NCBI GenBank assembly: GCA_002633005.1
Contig: NMRA01000057.1
Span: 1,186,015 to 1,250,014 of the forward strand
Source of the DNA: Phoronis australis
Lineage: Eukaryota; Animalia; Phoronida
Length of the DNA: 64,000 nt
Reading direction: 5' to 3'
Every line of letters starts with the position of its first letter. Positions within the stretch are counted from its first letter, which is position 1. Position numbers and translations under genes: made by a program. The notes beneath the pieces were generated by a model. It saw nothing but the letters and a program-made list of their open reading frames with translations, made no database searches and was not told the DNA's origin. This document shows, piece after piece, positions 53,301 to 64,000 of the stretch.

Positions 53301-56300
53301 AACCCCATGAAGTAGCTATTGTTTTTTTAAATTCTTGTTTTAATTCAATCAAATAGTGTGGCGTTCTTAACAAATCACCTATACGTAGTCAAACACCCTT
53401 TGAGAATGCACGGTTTTAGCACTTTTGGTGACAGCTGTACATAGATGAATCATATGATACCCGGAAACTTCACCCAGAGTGATCACTTGTACATGTATTT
53501 GACATTACCCGAATGATGCTTTGGATGGCTTGAGAGTTTGCCCAAAATCTACAGATGTAGAATTCCTTCCAACTTGAACAAAAACGTAATCGCACAATCA
53601 ACAATTATTTCCAAACAGTCTTCTGAATCAGGAACTGACACATTTCGGTTTTTATTGCATCGTTGTTATCGGATAAATCACAAGCAAGGTCCATATTTGG
53701 TAGCCACTTCTTGTGAAAATGACGATTGTCATACAGCTATAAGTACCATCATTCCAGGTTTTGAAATCGAAAATATTTTGCAAGAGAAAAATCGAATAAA
53801 ATTTTATGGCCAGATGCATCGCAGTTGTAGCCACAACCCATATCTACTAATCAAAAAACTCATAAGGTAGCTATTTTTTTAATTCTTGATTAAAGTGAAG
53901 ACGTATGGCATACTAAAGTGTGAAAAATAATTACCGTGGTGATCAATGTCTTCTATATGATGATGCGTTACGTATCTTAACACAGTACAAAGAGAACTCT
54001 TACAATATGATTCTTGCAAAAGGAAAATGCTAAAAAACTTTATTGGTGCTGTTTACCAACAGTTACATCCACCGGTTGTTTGAAAAGTCAAAGCAATGCT
54101 AGTGTTTAACTTGTAAACAGTATGCAAGTGGCACTGGCCGGGGATACACGTACTTACGCTACATAATTCCGTACACTCAATCAACATCACATTTTGACTA
54201 AGTTACAAATGTCTCCGATGGGCTGATTTATGTGTATCCATTGTTCACTTTGTTTTTCTTTCATATACTTAAGATAATGGCAAGCATTTTTGGTTTCGAG
54301 CTGTTGTGCCCTCAGGTACGATATCCATGCGACATGTATTGTTATGAACCACAAAGATGCAACAAAGGAAGACGATGGAAGAGTCCCATCTAGTCCATAG
54401 CCGTGCAACTCGCGTACACCCGTCGCATGGATCACCCAAATTAACAATACCTTGCGACATCCATACGACATCGGTTGGCATGGAGCTACTTGTTGGTCCG
54501 ATGGAAGTTGCCTTGAGAGACAGAGCACCTGCCTTCGCAAATTCAAATGTCACATGACGTGTCTTCTGGTATGCTACTAACTAAGTCCTGTGTGGCATGA
54601 TTTTTAATTTGCACGCCCTTTTTAATGTATGCCTTGGATTGTAGTTGTATCTCACTATTAAGTAATTTATTAATTCGTATTCATTTCGAATTCAGCAACT
54701 AACGCAGTGCATTGATATTGCCCACAAAGTCAACCGATGTCTCGTTAAATCATGGTGAAATCGCGGTCTCAATTTATAAATCAATTGTACACTAATACGT
54801 ACATTGTATTACGTGTTTTAGAACAATCCATCAAATTTTAAAAACATGAAAACAGAAAATAAAACAGGCCATTGCAGTTCGTACCTGTTCCTTTAAGCCT
54901 GTAAAGTGAGAGCCACATCAGTGACCACCGTATGAGTTTTTCTTGTGTAGCTCAGATCCAAAAAGGTCTAACTCCGCCAAATTGCATGCTGTTGTTAGTA
55001 CAATCATGGTTAAAGGATGAGGGGGCATTTTGTGTAACCCATCCTTTGTTTTTGGTGAGCGAAGATGCCTCTGCAGTTGGGAGAGGAATGTGTAATGGTC
55101 ACCCTAAAATACTGTTTAGGACCTTCGTGGTCATTTTCCTTCCAACTTGCAGTTACCCCCTTCAGGATATCCATGGCCCACCAGTGCATAAGGACCTATA
55201 TGCCTGTGTTTGTATTCACCCGTAAGTAGGAGCCTGCTCGTGTTCGTGCAATCATAGTAGTGTTAACCTGATACTTTCATGCATGTGTTAGATCGGCCAA
55301 AGCACTCTGTGCACATGGTGTCAATTAGTGAATAGTCTGTGCTTCCAAATTTTCCGCATTTACATGTACCTAAAAACTCAACGGTCTTCTAGAAAAAGAA
55401 CAGGTTTTGACAATGATGGGTTTTGTGAAGAGTATTGCTATCTTTTGCGTCCAGGCGTTTGGCGCCATGAAATATTGCGTCACTTATTAGCCAATTTCTT
55501 TTTTTCCCGATACATCAGTCAACTGCTGTTCTTTTCCACGAGGTTGCCTACGTATCACAACAAATTACAAAAAGCGTTTTCATTTCGTTACAAGTTTTTA
55601 GTGTTTCATTACCAGCAAACCGAATTTCGAAATAAAATTTGCTGCTGCGAAGCTGCCATCGTCTTCTGAGAGATGTTTCAAAGAATTTAGGAAATGGTGC
55701 GTGAGCTTGTCAAGAGAGTATTGTTTTATAACGACAACTGTTCTTGTTATAATGTTATAAAGATGAACAATTACGAAAGAAACTGACGTTGACTCAATTG
55801 TTTTTCACTACTATGGCAGGCAAGGTGAGTGTCGGTAAACTCCCAGATTTTGCTTGCAACCCCCCGCGTCGGTAGCTCTTCATGATGACATAAATTTCAC
55901 GAAGATTGTTCTATAATCCCCTCGACTCCCACAACCCACTAACCCCTCACTCCTCGACCCATTCGACCCACGACCCCTTCGATATACGCCCCCATCGACC
56001 CACGACCCCCTCAACCCACAACCCACAATGAACTTGACCCAGTCGACACAACTCGGCCATAGAACAAGCGCTGACTTGCAGGACCAACGAGTAGGGACGT
56101 GAGCTCCACTGACCTTTCCCTTTTTTGCTATTTAAGTAGAATGACACCCGATTTAATTAGTCTTTTTTACCGTCTTAATCGGTCTATATCCACATCGCCT
56201 CTTATACGGTCGACCTCACCTTGCCGAGAGGTGTTGCGTTAACCTGTGAAGAAGGTGAGAAAGGACGCAGCGACGTCAGAGTGAATTCCTCTATATTGCG

Positions 56301-59300
56301 GTGCATCGTTCCCGCTTGTCCGAGCTATGAAACTGCGAAGAAATCGGGTATATCGTTTTTTCGACTTCCTCAAGAGCCCGAAATGCATAGGAAGTGGCTC
56401 GCGGTAGTGAAGATTGAAAGGTACTCTTTTGATAGCAAGTATAAGGCCGTGAAACATCTTCGTGTCAGTGGCCGGCATTTCGTCGACAGTGATTTCTCTC
56501 ACGAATTCCGACTTACCAAACAACTATCCATACGTTCCGTTGCCTGTGCATGTTCACAGCGCCTCTCTAATATTTCTTGATCAGTGTATTCCGGTTCGAA
56601 CTGATAGCCTGTGAGACCTAATGATCCGACCCGTGAAGACTTCGTCGGATGAGCTCATGACTAAGTCGGGATTGACGCGGGGCGAGTTCCATGTAGACAT
56701 TTATTATTCTGCGTTCTGTTTCAAAATGAATTGTTCTCATCCTATCCAGTGCTTACAATGTATATTAAACTGAAACAAAGTCTGTATCATCAGATACAAT
56801 TGGTAATGCCTTTACAGTATTCGTGAGTGCAAATTATGAGAAGCGAGCAATGAATAAACCACTGAGTTACCGGCTTTTGATGCCGGCAATAAAGGTAATT
56901 GACAGGGCACCGAGGCCGTGTGAGCTCATGGTAATTCAGTGTTTGCTGACAGAAAGCTGTTGTGAAACAATTACTCGATTTTATATACTATGGCTACATG
57001 TTAGGGTGATCTTTATATTGAAATACAAATACATTATTCAAATCATTGTTATTGTACTACCATTGTCCTGACGGTCTGTGGAAGGGGAACCCTACTTCGC
57101 GGTCCCCGACAAGTGAGTAAATTTTCAGTTTGGTGGCTAATTCACATAAATAATTACGTGTACATTATTTCTTTGGCTCACTTATAGTCTTTTCATGACT
57201 GGAGGTTTAGTTTCCAAATCAAGCCGGTTTATGTTCGTGCCAGTCCCGGCGGCCGCGACGAGCCTGATCGGGTTCCGAGCCACTTGCCAGGATAAAAAGC
57301 GTTTTGTGTGTTTAGAACTCAAAAAATCACAAGTCTAAACAACACATTTCTAGTTTCTCCTGTCTGTAATTCACGGAAGAATACTTCGAATTTATCTCCG
57401 AACAGACCCCTAACTCCTGCTACGGACCTTAGTAAATAGGCCTGCCGAACTTTGTAGGCTACGGTGTGTCCAAATACCAATAAATCCGTAACAGCAAAAT
57501 AAAGCAACACGTTTTTATGAGAACTCGGTGTATTTTTAATGGTTTTACATCCAAGTTTGATGATTTATTGGTGTTAAACTATGAATTTAAGCGATACGTT
57601 GTCACCAGTAACCCGTGTTGTGAACTGCTGAACAGACTGCGTGTGAAGCCTATGACGTCATTGGATAATTTCAACACCTCCCTCTGCCGTCAGGTGTTAG
57701 GTAACGCAACCGAAAGTGCCGTTATCGAGTAGAACTACTCCATTTATATTGATACAAAATAGGTTGTTTTTTGGGTGGTATTCTCCTTTAAGAGTCGATT
57801 GAGCAAGTTTGAAAGTCAAAAACAGGAAAAGAAACAACGTGACCAAATCAAATCAAATCAAAGACCTACCAACGTTACAAATGTTCGTGGCAAAGAGTAA
57901 TCGTCTCGTCTGCCCTTCAGTGAACGGCAGATTTAAACTTTTTGGGGATAGTGCGAGGAACCGACGAATATGCAAGTTCATCAGCAAATACATTTAGAGT
58001 ATCTCCACGTTACATGGAGTATATTGCAGAGAAACTGAGTTTGTGCTGCAATGCAGGGTAAAACTGTACAGAAATGTGCAGTTCTCACAATCCACTATTG
58101 CCGATTAAGTTCCAAAAAAACAACCTAATTTGCATCAATTTAGATCGAGTAGTTCTACTCCATAAGGACACGTATGGTTGCGTTACCTGACACCTGTCGG
58201 CAGGCGGAGGTGCTGAAATTATCCAATGACGTCATCGGTTTCACATGCAGTCTGTTCAGCAGTTCACAACACGGGTTACTGGTGTCAGCTTATCGCTTGA
58301 TGTCATCGTTTAACACCAATAAATCATCAATATTCAATGTAAAACCCTTAAAAATACACCAAGTTCTTATAAAAACGTGTTGTTTTATTTCGCTCTTACG
58401 GATTCATTGGTACATGTATTTGCACACACCGTAGCCTACAAAGTTCGGCAGGCCAATTTACTAAGGTCCGTAGCAGGAGTTTGGGGTCTGTTCGGAGATA
58501 AATTCGAAGTATTTCCCGTGAGATACAGACAGGAGAACCTAGATCTGTGTTGTTTAGACTTGTGATTTTTTTAGTTCTAAACACAAAACGCTTGATATCC
58601 TGTCCAGTGGCTCGCGGGAGCCCGATCAAGCCTGTCGCGGCCGCCCGGATTGACTCGTTATCCCGGCCAGTGGCTCGGAAACTGATCAGACATCACGAAC
58701 AAAAACTTCCAGTCAAGAAAATACTATACTAGTGAGCCAAAGTAATGTGCACATGATTACGTTGGTGAATTAGCCACGAAACTGCAAATCTACTTACTCG
58801 TCGGGGGCCGCGAATTCAGGTTCGGCTGTAGCCGAAGCACCGTCAGGGCTGAAGTTGTACATTGACAATCATTCTTTGAGTAATGTAAATGTAAGTGTAA
58901 ATAAAGATTCCCCTAACACCTAGCTGTGGAATGGAAATCGAGTTGTTTCACTACAGTTTCTGCCAGCAAACACTGAAATTAGCATGAGCTCACACGGCCT
59001 CGGTGTCCCGTCAATTAGTATTATTGCACTTTAAGCCGGTAACGTAGTGATTTATTCATTGCTGGCTTTTCAAATCATTTGCTCTCACGAACACTCTAAA
59101 GGCATTACAAATCGCATCTAATGAGACAGACTTTGTTTCAGTTTTATATAAGTATTGGTTAGGGTGAGAATAATTCATTTTGAAACAGAACGCTCAGTAA
59201 TGAACGCCAACATGGCAACCGTCGCAATCTCTTTTGACGAGCTAGAGCTCATCAGTCCCGACTTTGCAGGTGGATTGTTAAGTTTTAAAGGCTATCAATT

Positions 59301-62300
59301 CGAACAGGAATACAGTGATGAAGAAATACTAGAAAGGCGCCGTGAACAAGTTCAGACAACGGAACGTATGGAGTTATTTGGTAAGGCGGCATTCGGCGTC
59401 AGGCACTGTTGACGTCTACAGGCCACAGACACGGAGATGTTTCACGGCCTCATACTTGCTATTTACAGCGTACATTTCATTCTTCACTACCCTGACCCAC
59501 TTCCTAAGCATTTCGGACTCTCGAGGAAGTAAAAAACGATATACCCGCTTTCCTCGCAGCTACTTAGTTCGGACAAGCGGGAACGCAAAAGGTACCCTTT
59601 ACGGCAAACAGATGGCGCTTCTCATCAATTACGTGTCATTTTATCGCTCAAAAAAGACTGTCTGCCAGAGAATCTTAACCAAGCACCTGGACCTACATTC
59701 TGCTGCTGTTGACTGTAGCCACAGGTCACGAGAGTTCATGAACCAGACAGTGTATGTCCTGATGAGCGGCGAATTTGTGTGGAAAAGAAATCTTTGTGTC
59801 CGACATTCCATGTTTAAAACCCCATTTGTAATAACTATTTATAACATATAATTAAGATGAAAGTGTTAATAATCTACGCTGTTGTGGTTGCTCGGCCTAA
59901 ATGCTGGGGTAAAATATATATTCAATGAACGTGACCATGGTGAGGCTACTAAACCGGGCCCAGCCACTTTTCCGCCCGGCGAGATTTTGGCAACTCAACA
60001 ACCATAATTTTAATTAGGTTGAAATATAACCACTATATTTTTTAAATTATGCTTGAATTATACATGGTGATATACATATTAGGTTTTATTCTCTTGCGAT
60101 ATTTTCTTTTTCGTTCAGTGTCTCGTTAGCCAACAACACTGAGCCCAGCAGACCGGACTGGCAGTGGCACGGCACGGCAGCTGATGTTTCACCAAGTAGA
60201 AACGTCAGTAATATTTTATGTTCTATCAACACTAAGGCAAAAGAGAGTGGTTTCAGTTTATAATGTATCTATTTAACGAACTGAACCATGCCCCATGAAC
60301 ATGTTGGTGGCCATGATTAATAAAACAGCTGACAAAGAGTGAAGCACTGAGCTCATCATGTTACGTTGTCACAACGGCGATGTGACGTCAGCAGCTGTAG
60401 AATGTACATGTAGGTCAAGGTGCTGGGACAAGATTCAGTTCACACAAGAATGTCACATGACTGTAAGCAGCGCTGCCTGTTAGTAAAGCATCATTGCATC
60501 CAGCGCCATCTGTTTGCCGTAAAGGTTTTGGATGCGCGGGTACCTTTTGCAGCGGGAACGATGCACCGCAATATAGCGGCATTCACTCTACATATGAACC
60601 ACTGACGTCGCTAGCGTCTTTTTCTCCGACACCATCCTTACAGGTTAACGCGACACCTCTTGACAAGGTAAGGTCGACCGTATGCGAGGCGATGTGGATA
60701 TAGACCGATTAAGACGGCAAAAAGACTAAATAAATTTGGTGGCATTCTCCTTTAAAGGTGAAGGCAATCTTGTTTCATGTCATTTTTAGTAAAAATTAGG
60801 TTCGTTGGTTATCCCAGACATTTTTCAGTTAATTACAGCTTTTTGTGACTCCCTCGTCACACACCCGACACTTTCGAAATAGCTCCAATACATGTACTTT
60901 AAACAAGTCCACAATAAACTTATCAATGTTTGTTTCACAGATCTGTTCGTTGGACGACGAACTGACGTCTTCACTCCGTCAGTGTCTAACTGGACCTGTA
61001 TTCACTCCCACTACTCAACATCGCAGCAGGAATGCCTACAGGCTCTGGGCAATGAGCACATCCCGGTATGTGGCATGTTGATTGACTCGCTGAACAAAAG
61101 CAACAACCGAACTTGTGGCACCTGAGGTAGAACAATGACCGACTCGACAGCTCTCACAGTCGGATTATATGAAAAGAAATTGGCGCGAAATTTTTGCCTT
61201 CCAAAACATCACTTACGCAGTAGAGGACGAATTGTTAATTAAATTGCGAAAATCTGCAATTAAGCAATTAAGTGAAAAGTATATCTGGGATAATCAATGA
61301 ACCTTATTTTTGTTAAAAATGACATGAAATCGGTTGCCTTCCCTTTAAGCCACTTTCTGCTTTAACCTCCAGGCTTGAGCAAGAGCAGATTCGCGTGTAG
61401 GTAAGACAGTCTTATGCAAAAGTCATTCAATGACGCAATATGAATTTTTTGTCCAATGGTCGTCAGTAGAATGGATTGTGGGTCGTTAGTTTTGGGTCGA
61501 GGAGGTCGTGGGGTGTGGGGTTGAGGGGTTTCAGAACACTACGTTTCACGACGAGCTGAACTAAACGGGGCCGTGTTAAATTTCGGGGTCTTACAGAACT
61601 CATCACACAGCGGTTTATGTATGTACATGTAGCTGTATTTTGACGATAGTCTTCATACAGTTAGCTGGTTTCACTCTATCACAGTGCAGTATAGGTGGCG
61701 CTGTGTCAGAGGGTACTAGCTGGTTGGCTAGAATTGACAATCGAGTATACAGTGTGAGTTCGAATCTGATTCTGAGTTGTTGAGTCTGAGTACAGAAATT
61801 GGAAAAAACAACGCGATCAAATCCAATCAAAGACCTTCTGTACATGTACCAGCCTTACAAATGTCGTTCCCGGCAGAGTGTAATCCCCTCGTCTGCTCTT
61901 CAGTGAATTGCAGAAAGTGAGGAACTGGCAAAATTGTAATTTCACTTGTAAATACAGTACAGGGGGTTGTGGGTCGAGGGAGTTGAGGGGCGCGGGGGTC
62001 GAGGGGATTTCAGAACAATCATAAAATTTCCTTCCAGATCCTTTTATCACTAAGTATATATACATTATATATACATACATGTACCACGAAATTTTAAGGA
62101 GTTTGATGAAAGATTCAGATATACTATTTTGCACCCTATATGCGAAAAATCTTGATCCAAGGTAGTTTTCTTAATTTTGTCAGGTTTATTGTTCCAGATG
62201 AAAATAGTTTATCTAGCAATTCACGTGTATTGTCTGAGGGCAGTATTGTCAAATTAAAACTGGGCCATTTTCGGCAAAGCAGAAGATTTAATGACAGTTA

Positions 62301-63368
62301 TTTCTCCAAATGGTGTTAACGACCTTTTAAATCATTTTGTTAACTTCAATACGATTCCAGGAATTTTGTCAGCATAGTAATTAGTTTAACAATTCTCTTA
62401 ATTTAATATGAAAGATGATACCATGCAAGGGCAGTAATTAAATCTCTAAGCCGAGAGATCAAATTCGTAGCACATGAGTAATATACTGAGTTTCATTAAA
62501 CCAGTTCATTGAACATGTACAATAACTTTTCTCCAGGTTGGGCTTCAAACCAGAGAACTTGTAAACTTGTCAAACAAATTCATAGGTTTTAATGATCAGT
62601 TGGAGTCATCCAAACAAATAAATGCATCATTGGCATACTGCAAATTTTTTAAGTGAAATGAGCCTTAATTTATAAAGCTTAATACAGTCTTATTTTGGCG
62701 AAATGTTGTGGCCATAATCTCGTCACAAATACTGAACAGATAGAGAGAGGGCCTCGTTGACGACAGCCGGGACCAATTATAAAAACTGTGACGTGAAGCC
62801 ATGTTGAATAATACAAAAATTTACGGCTTTGTTCAGAAGGCGAACACAATTTACAAAATTTTTGCGAAAACGGAAAAAACGCAGAGCGTTGTATTTTAAT
62901 CATTGCGTCGGATTTTGAATTTGAAGCAATATTACTAGTAATTGGTAACTAAGTAACCTTTAAATTATATACATGTAAGTCGGCGCACTCAAATTGAACA
63001 TTAAATATCAACCTGCACACGTCGAAATTGAGATAGGTGAACACATTTATCTTCAGAAATAATACGGCGAATATAACTGGACAAAAATCAAGCCCTTCGA
63101 AAAAACTTATTCACTCAAAGATTCGACTTTTTACTATTTGCTTGTAACTCCACCATTTGCGTTTTTAACCTACAAGTGAACTCCTGGACTAAAGCATTCC
63201 TTGAGCTCATTTCCTATTTAAGGCCGGTTGGTTAGTTTTTGTAACTTTGACTACTTCAGCTCAGATTTGCTTTTCGAAGGTATTTAAGCACTACTTACCT
63301 TTAACGAATACACTCAAGACAAAATAAATAAGCAACGTTGATATTTTCCAATTAAGAAGCCTCTGCAT
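41267..63368 (-). CDS. Gene A (spliced model): IgSF surface protein, SP - V-set (Cys-less) - C2-set - 5x12-aa micro-exon stalk - putative GPI signal, 339 aa. join(63299-63368,52262-52624,49107-49427,48055-48090,47316-47351,46650-46685,45840-45875,45048-45083,41267-41352)
   Basis: All junctions are phase 1 with canonical AG/GT. Exon lengths 70+363+321+5x36+86=1020 nt give a continuous ORF from ATG to TGA. The domain order is coherent and a paralogous gene B is present in the window. Confidence 0.8.
45048..45083 (-). CDS. Gene A micro-exon (DTITPTGNGEGR)
   Basis: 36 nt, TTTACAG acceptor, GAG|GTATGA donor. Confidence 0.75.
45840..45875 (-). CDS. Gene A micro-exon (ATVTPTETGGGG)
   Basis: 36 nt, TTTCAG acceptor, GAG|GTATTT donor (weaker); identical to 2502-2537. 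Confidence 0.7.
46650..46685 (-). CDS. Gene A micro-exon (DTIMPTGNGESG)
   Basis: 36 nt, TTTACAG acceptor, GAG|GTATGA donor; identical to 3323-3358. Confidence 0.75.
47316..47351 (-). CDS. Gene A micro-exon (ATVKPTGTGGGG)
   Basis: 36 nt, TTTTCAG acceptor with CTAAG branch-like motif, GAG|GTATGT donor. Confidence 0.75.
48055..48090 (-). CDS. Gene A micro-exon (DSIKPTQHVEGG)
   Basis: 36 nt, TTTATAG acceptor, GAG|GTATGA donor, phase 1-1. Confidence 0.65.
49107..49427 (-). CDS. Gene A exon 3, Ig C2-set (CD80/nectin-like) domain
   Basis: 321 nt, phase 1-1, CCCCAG acceptor and GTAATT donor. LTCTANLGKPQASMVW...SILTV...FRCQVSN with both Cys and the Trp. Confidence 0.9.
49545..50720 (-). mobile_element. 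5'-truncated L1/Tx1-clade LINE (ORF2 C-terminus with CCHC zf-RVT)
   Basis: Open 316-aa frame with PLWFNS...FQFRILHRIIATN...CYFCNKAPETLSHLFWEC; AT-rich 3' tail; absent from the gene B intron. Confidence 0.9.
52262..52624 (-). CDS. Gene A exon 2, Ig V-set-like domain lacking the canonical Cys pair
   Basis: 363 nt, TTTCAG acceptor, GTAAGT donor. Motifs GxNATFxI (B strand), FSITLSQVRPDDEGQYIVKV (E-F strands, DxGxY) and VRLVVD (G strand). Confidence 0.85.
52747..53893. repeat. Intronic tandem duplication, ~600-bp unit x2
   Basis: AATCAAATAGTGTGGCGTTCTTAACAAATCACC at 52747 and 53347 with collinear continuation. Confidence 0.9.
56136..57786 (+). mobile_element. Internally deleted Kolobok-like element with THAP-domain remnant
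   Basis: TTAA flanks and TIR ~AGGAGAATGCCACC. THAP motif CIVPAC...FFRLP...W...RVSGRHF (56221-56580, third Cys lost). Opposite-strand YQFEPEY remnant. Confidence 0.7.
58108..60751 (-). mobile_element. Second copy of the same Kolobok-like element, inverted and interrupted
   Basis: Reverse-complement match to 56136-57786; TTAA at 60752-60755. Confidence 0.75.
59585..60550. mobile_element. MULE-like non-autonomous element
   Basis: TIR GCAAAAGGTACC plus longer subterminal inverted repeats; perfect 9-bp TSD AGCGGGAAC (59576-59584 / 60551-60559). Confidence 0.8.
60756..61344. mobile_element. Kolobok-type MITE
   Basis: TTAA|AGG...CCT|TTAA with ~60-bp imperfect TIRs. Confidence 0.7.
63299..63368 (-). 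CDS. Gene A exon 1, signal peptide MQRLLNWKISTLLIYFVLSVFVK
   Basis: ATG, basic N-region plus hydrophobic core, donor AAG|GTAAGT in phase 1. A homologous 70-nt exon lies at 27138-27207. Confidence 0.8.
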
Positions 63369-63616
63369 TTTAGAGAAACGGTTTTCTTGTTAGAAAATAA
63401 GTTACGCAGAGACCGTACACGACCATACAAGAGGCGTGCATGCTGGTGTACACACACTAGTGGCACGGTTTCGAATTGAACGAAAATAGCGCGTGCACAT
63501 TGCAGCCTGGCAGCACGTGCCACGCGATCCGCCTGCGTATGCAAATTAAAAACAAAAGCACGTTCGCGTTGTTGAAAGGATACTGTAGTAAAAATAATGC
63601 TGCAGCTAAAGTCCTT

Positions 63617-64000
63617 GGGCCCGTTCCAAGAAAACTGTCTTAGCTAAGACAAATCTTAAACTTAAGTCAATTTTAAGACAAATCTTAAGTTTGTCTTAAG
63701 TCCGTTCCAAGAAAGTGATCTTAAGTTCGTCTTAAGTTTTTGACTTAAGTTTTGTCTTAAGTTTGACGTAGCTTACCGGATGTGGAAGTTTCAAAGCTTG
63801 GAGGTGGAGAAAGAAGCGCTTTTGCAGCAGACGACATAGACAAAAGGAAGCCAAACTTTTCGGTAGCGGAACTATCTCGCTTGGTTGCTGGTGTGGCCGA
63901 GCACAATGACGTTTTATCTTCCACATTTTCATCCTCTGTCACACAAAGCTCCAAGCGAGATGCTTGGCTTCACATAGCGTCAAGGTTAGTGTATTAAACT
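63617..64000 (+). mobile_element. PIF/Harbinger transposon 5' end with Myb/SANT-like (NAIF1/MSANTD-type) ORF start
   Basis: GGGCCCGTTCCAAGAAA terminus; ORF 63782- KRKPNFSVAELSRLV...KRDAWLHIASR followed by a probable AG|GTTAGT donor. Confidence 0.8.

Noticed and set aside
54187-54560. Overlapping ORFs in gene A intron 1
   Set aside because: No domain or splice support; the partial paralog at ~23360-23435 does not keep a frame

Overview
AT-rich, repeat-dense invertebrate (metazoan) genomic DNA with one assembly gap (13888-14795); the lineage cannot be fixed from sequence alone. The ORF track shows only the Ig exons and misses the spliced gene structure. Reading minus-strand splice signals by hand reveals two tandem, paralogous immunoglobulin-superfamily genes. 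Gene A (63368->41267, complete) consists of a signal-peptide exon, a cysteine-less V-set exon, a CD80/nectin-type C2-set exon, five 36-nt phase-1/phase-1 micro-exons encoding a Thr/Pro/Gly 12-mer stalk, and a terminal exon that looks like a GPI-anchor signal. It splices to 1020 nt, or 339 aa, with no internal stop. Gene B (27207->beyond the left edge) has a homologous signal exon, no visible V exon (possibly in the gap), a tandemly duplicated C2 exon and a different set of live and dead micro-exons. The micro-exons sit in a ~0.65-0.9 kb exon+intron tandem array undergoing birth and death, which suggests a frame-preserving, adjustable-length stalk. The rest is transposon debris: Kolobok-like elements with THAP remnants, Harbinger and Harbinger-type MITEs, MULE-like, hAT, Academ-like, Penelope RT and GIY-YIG, an L1/Tx1 3' fragment and two solo LTRs. 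Paralog comparisons also show repeated TA->TACATGTA insertions matching Tc1/mariner excision footprints. Family assignments come from recalled motifs, not database searches.
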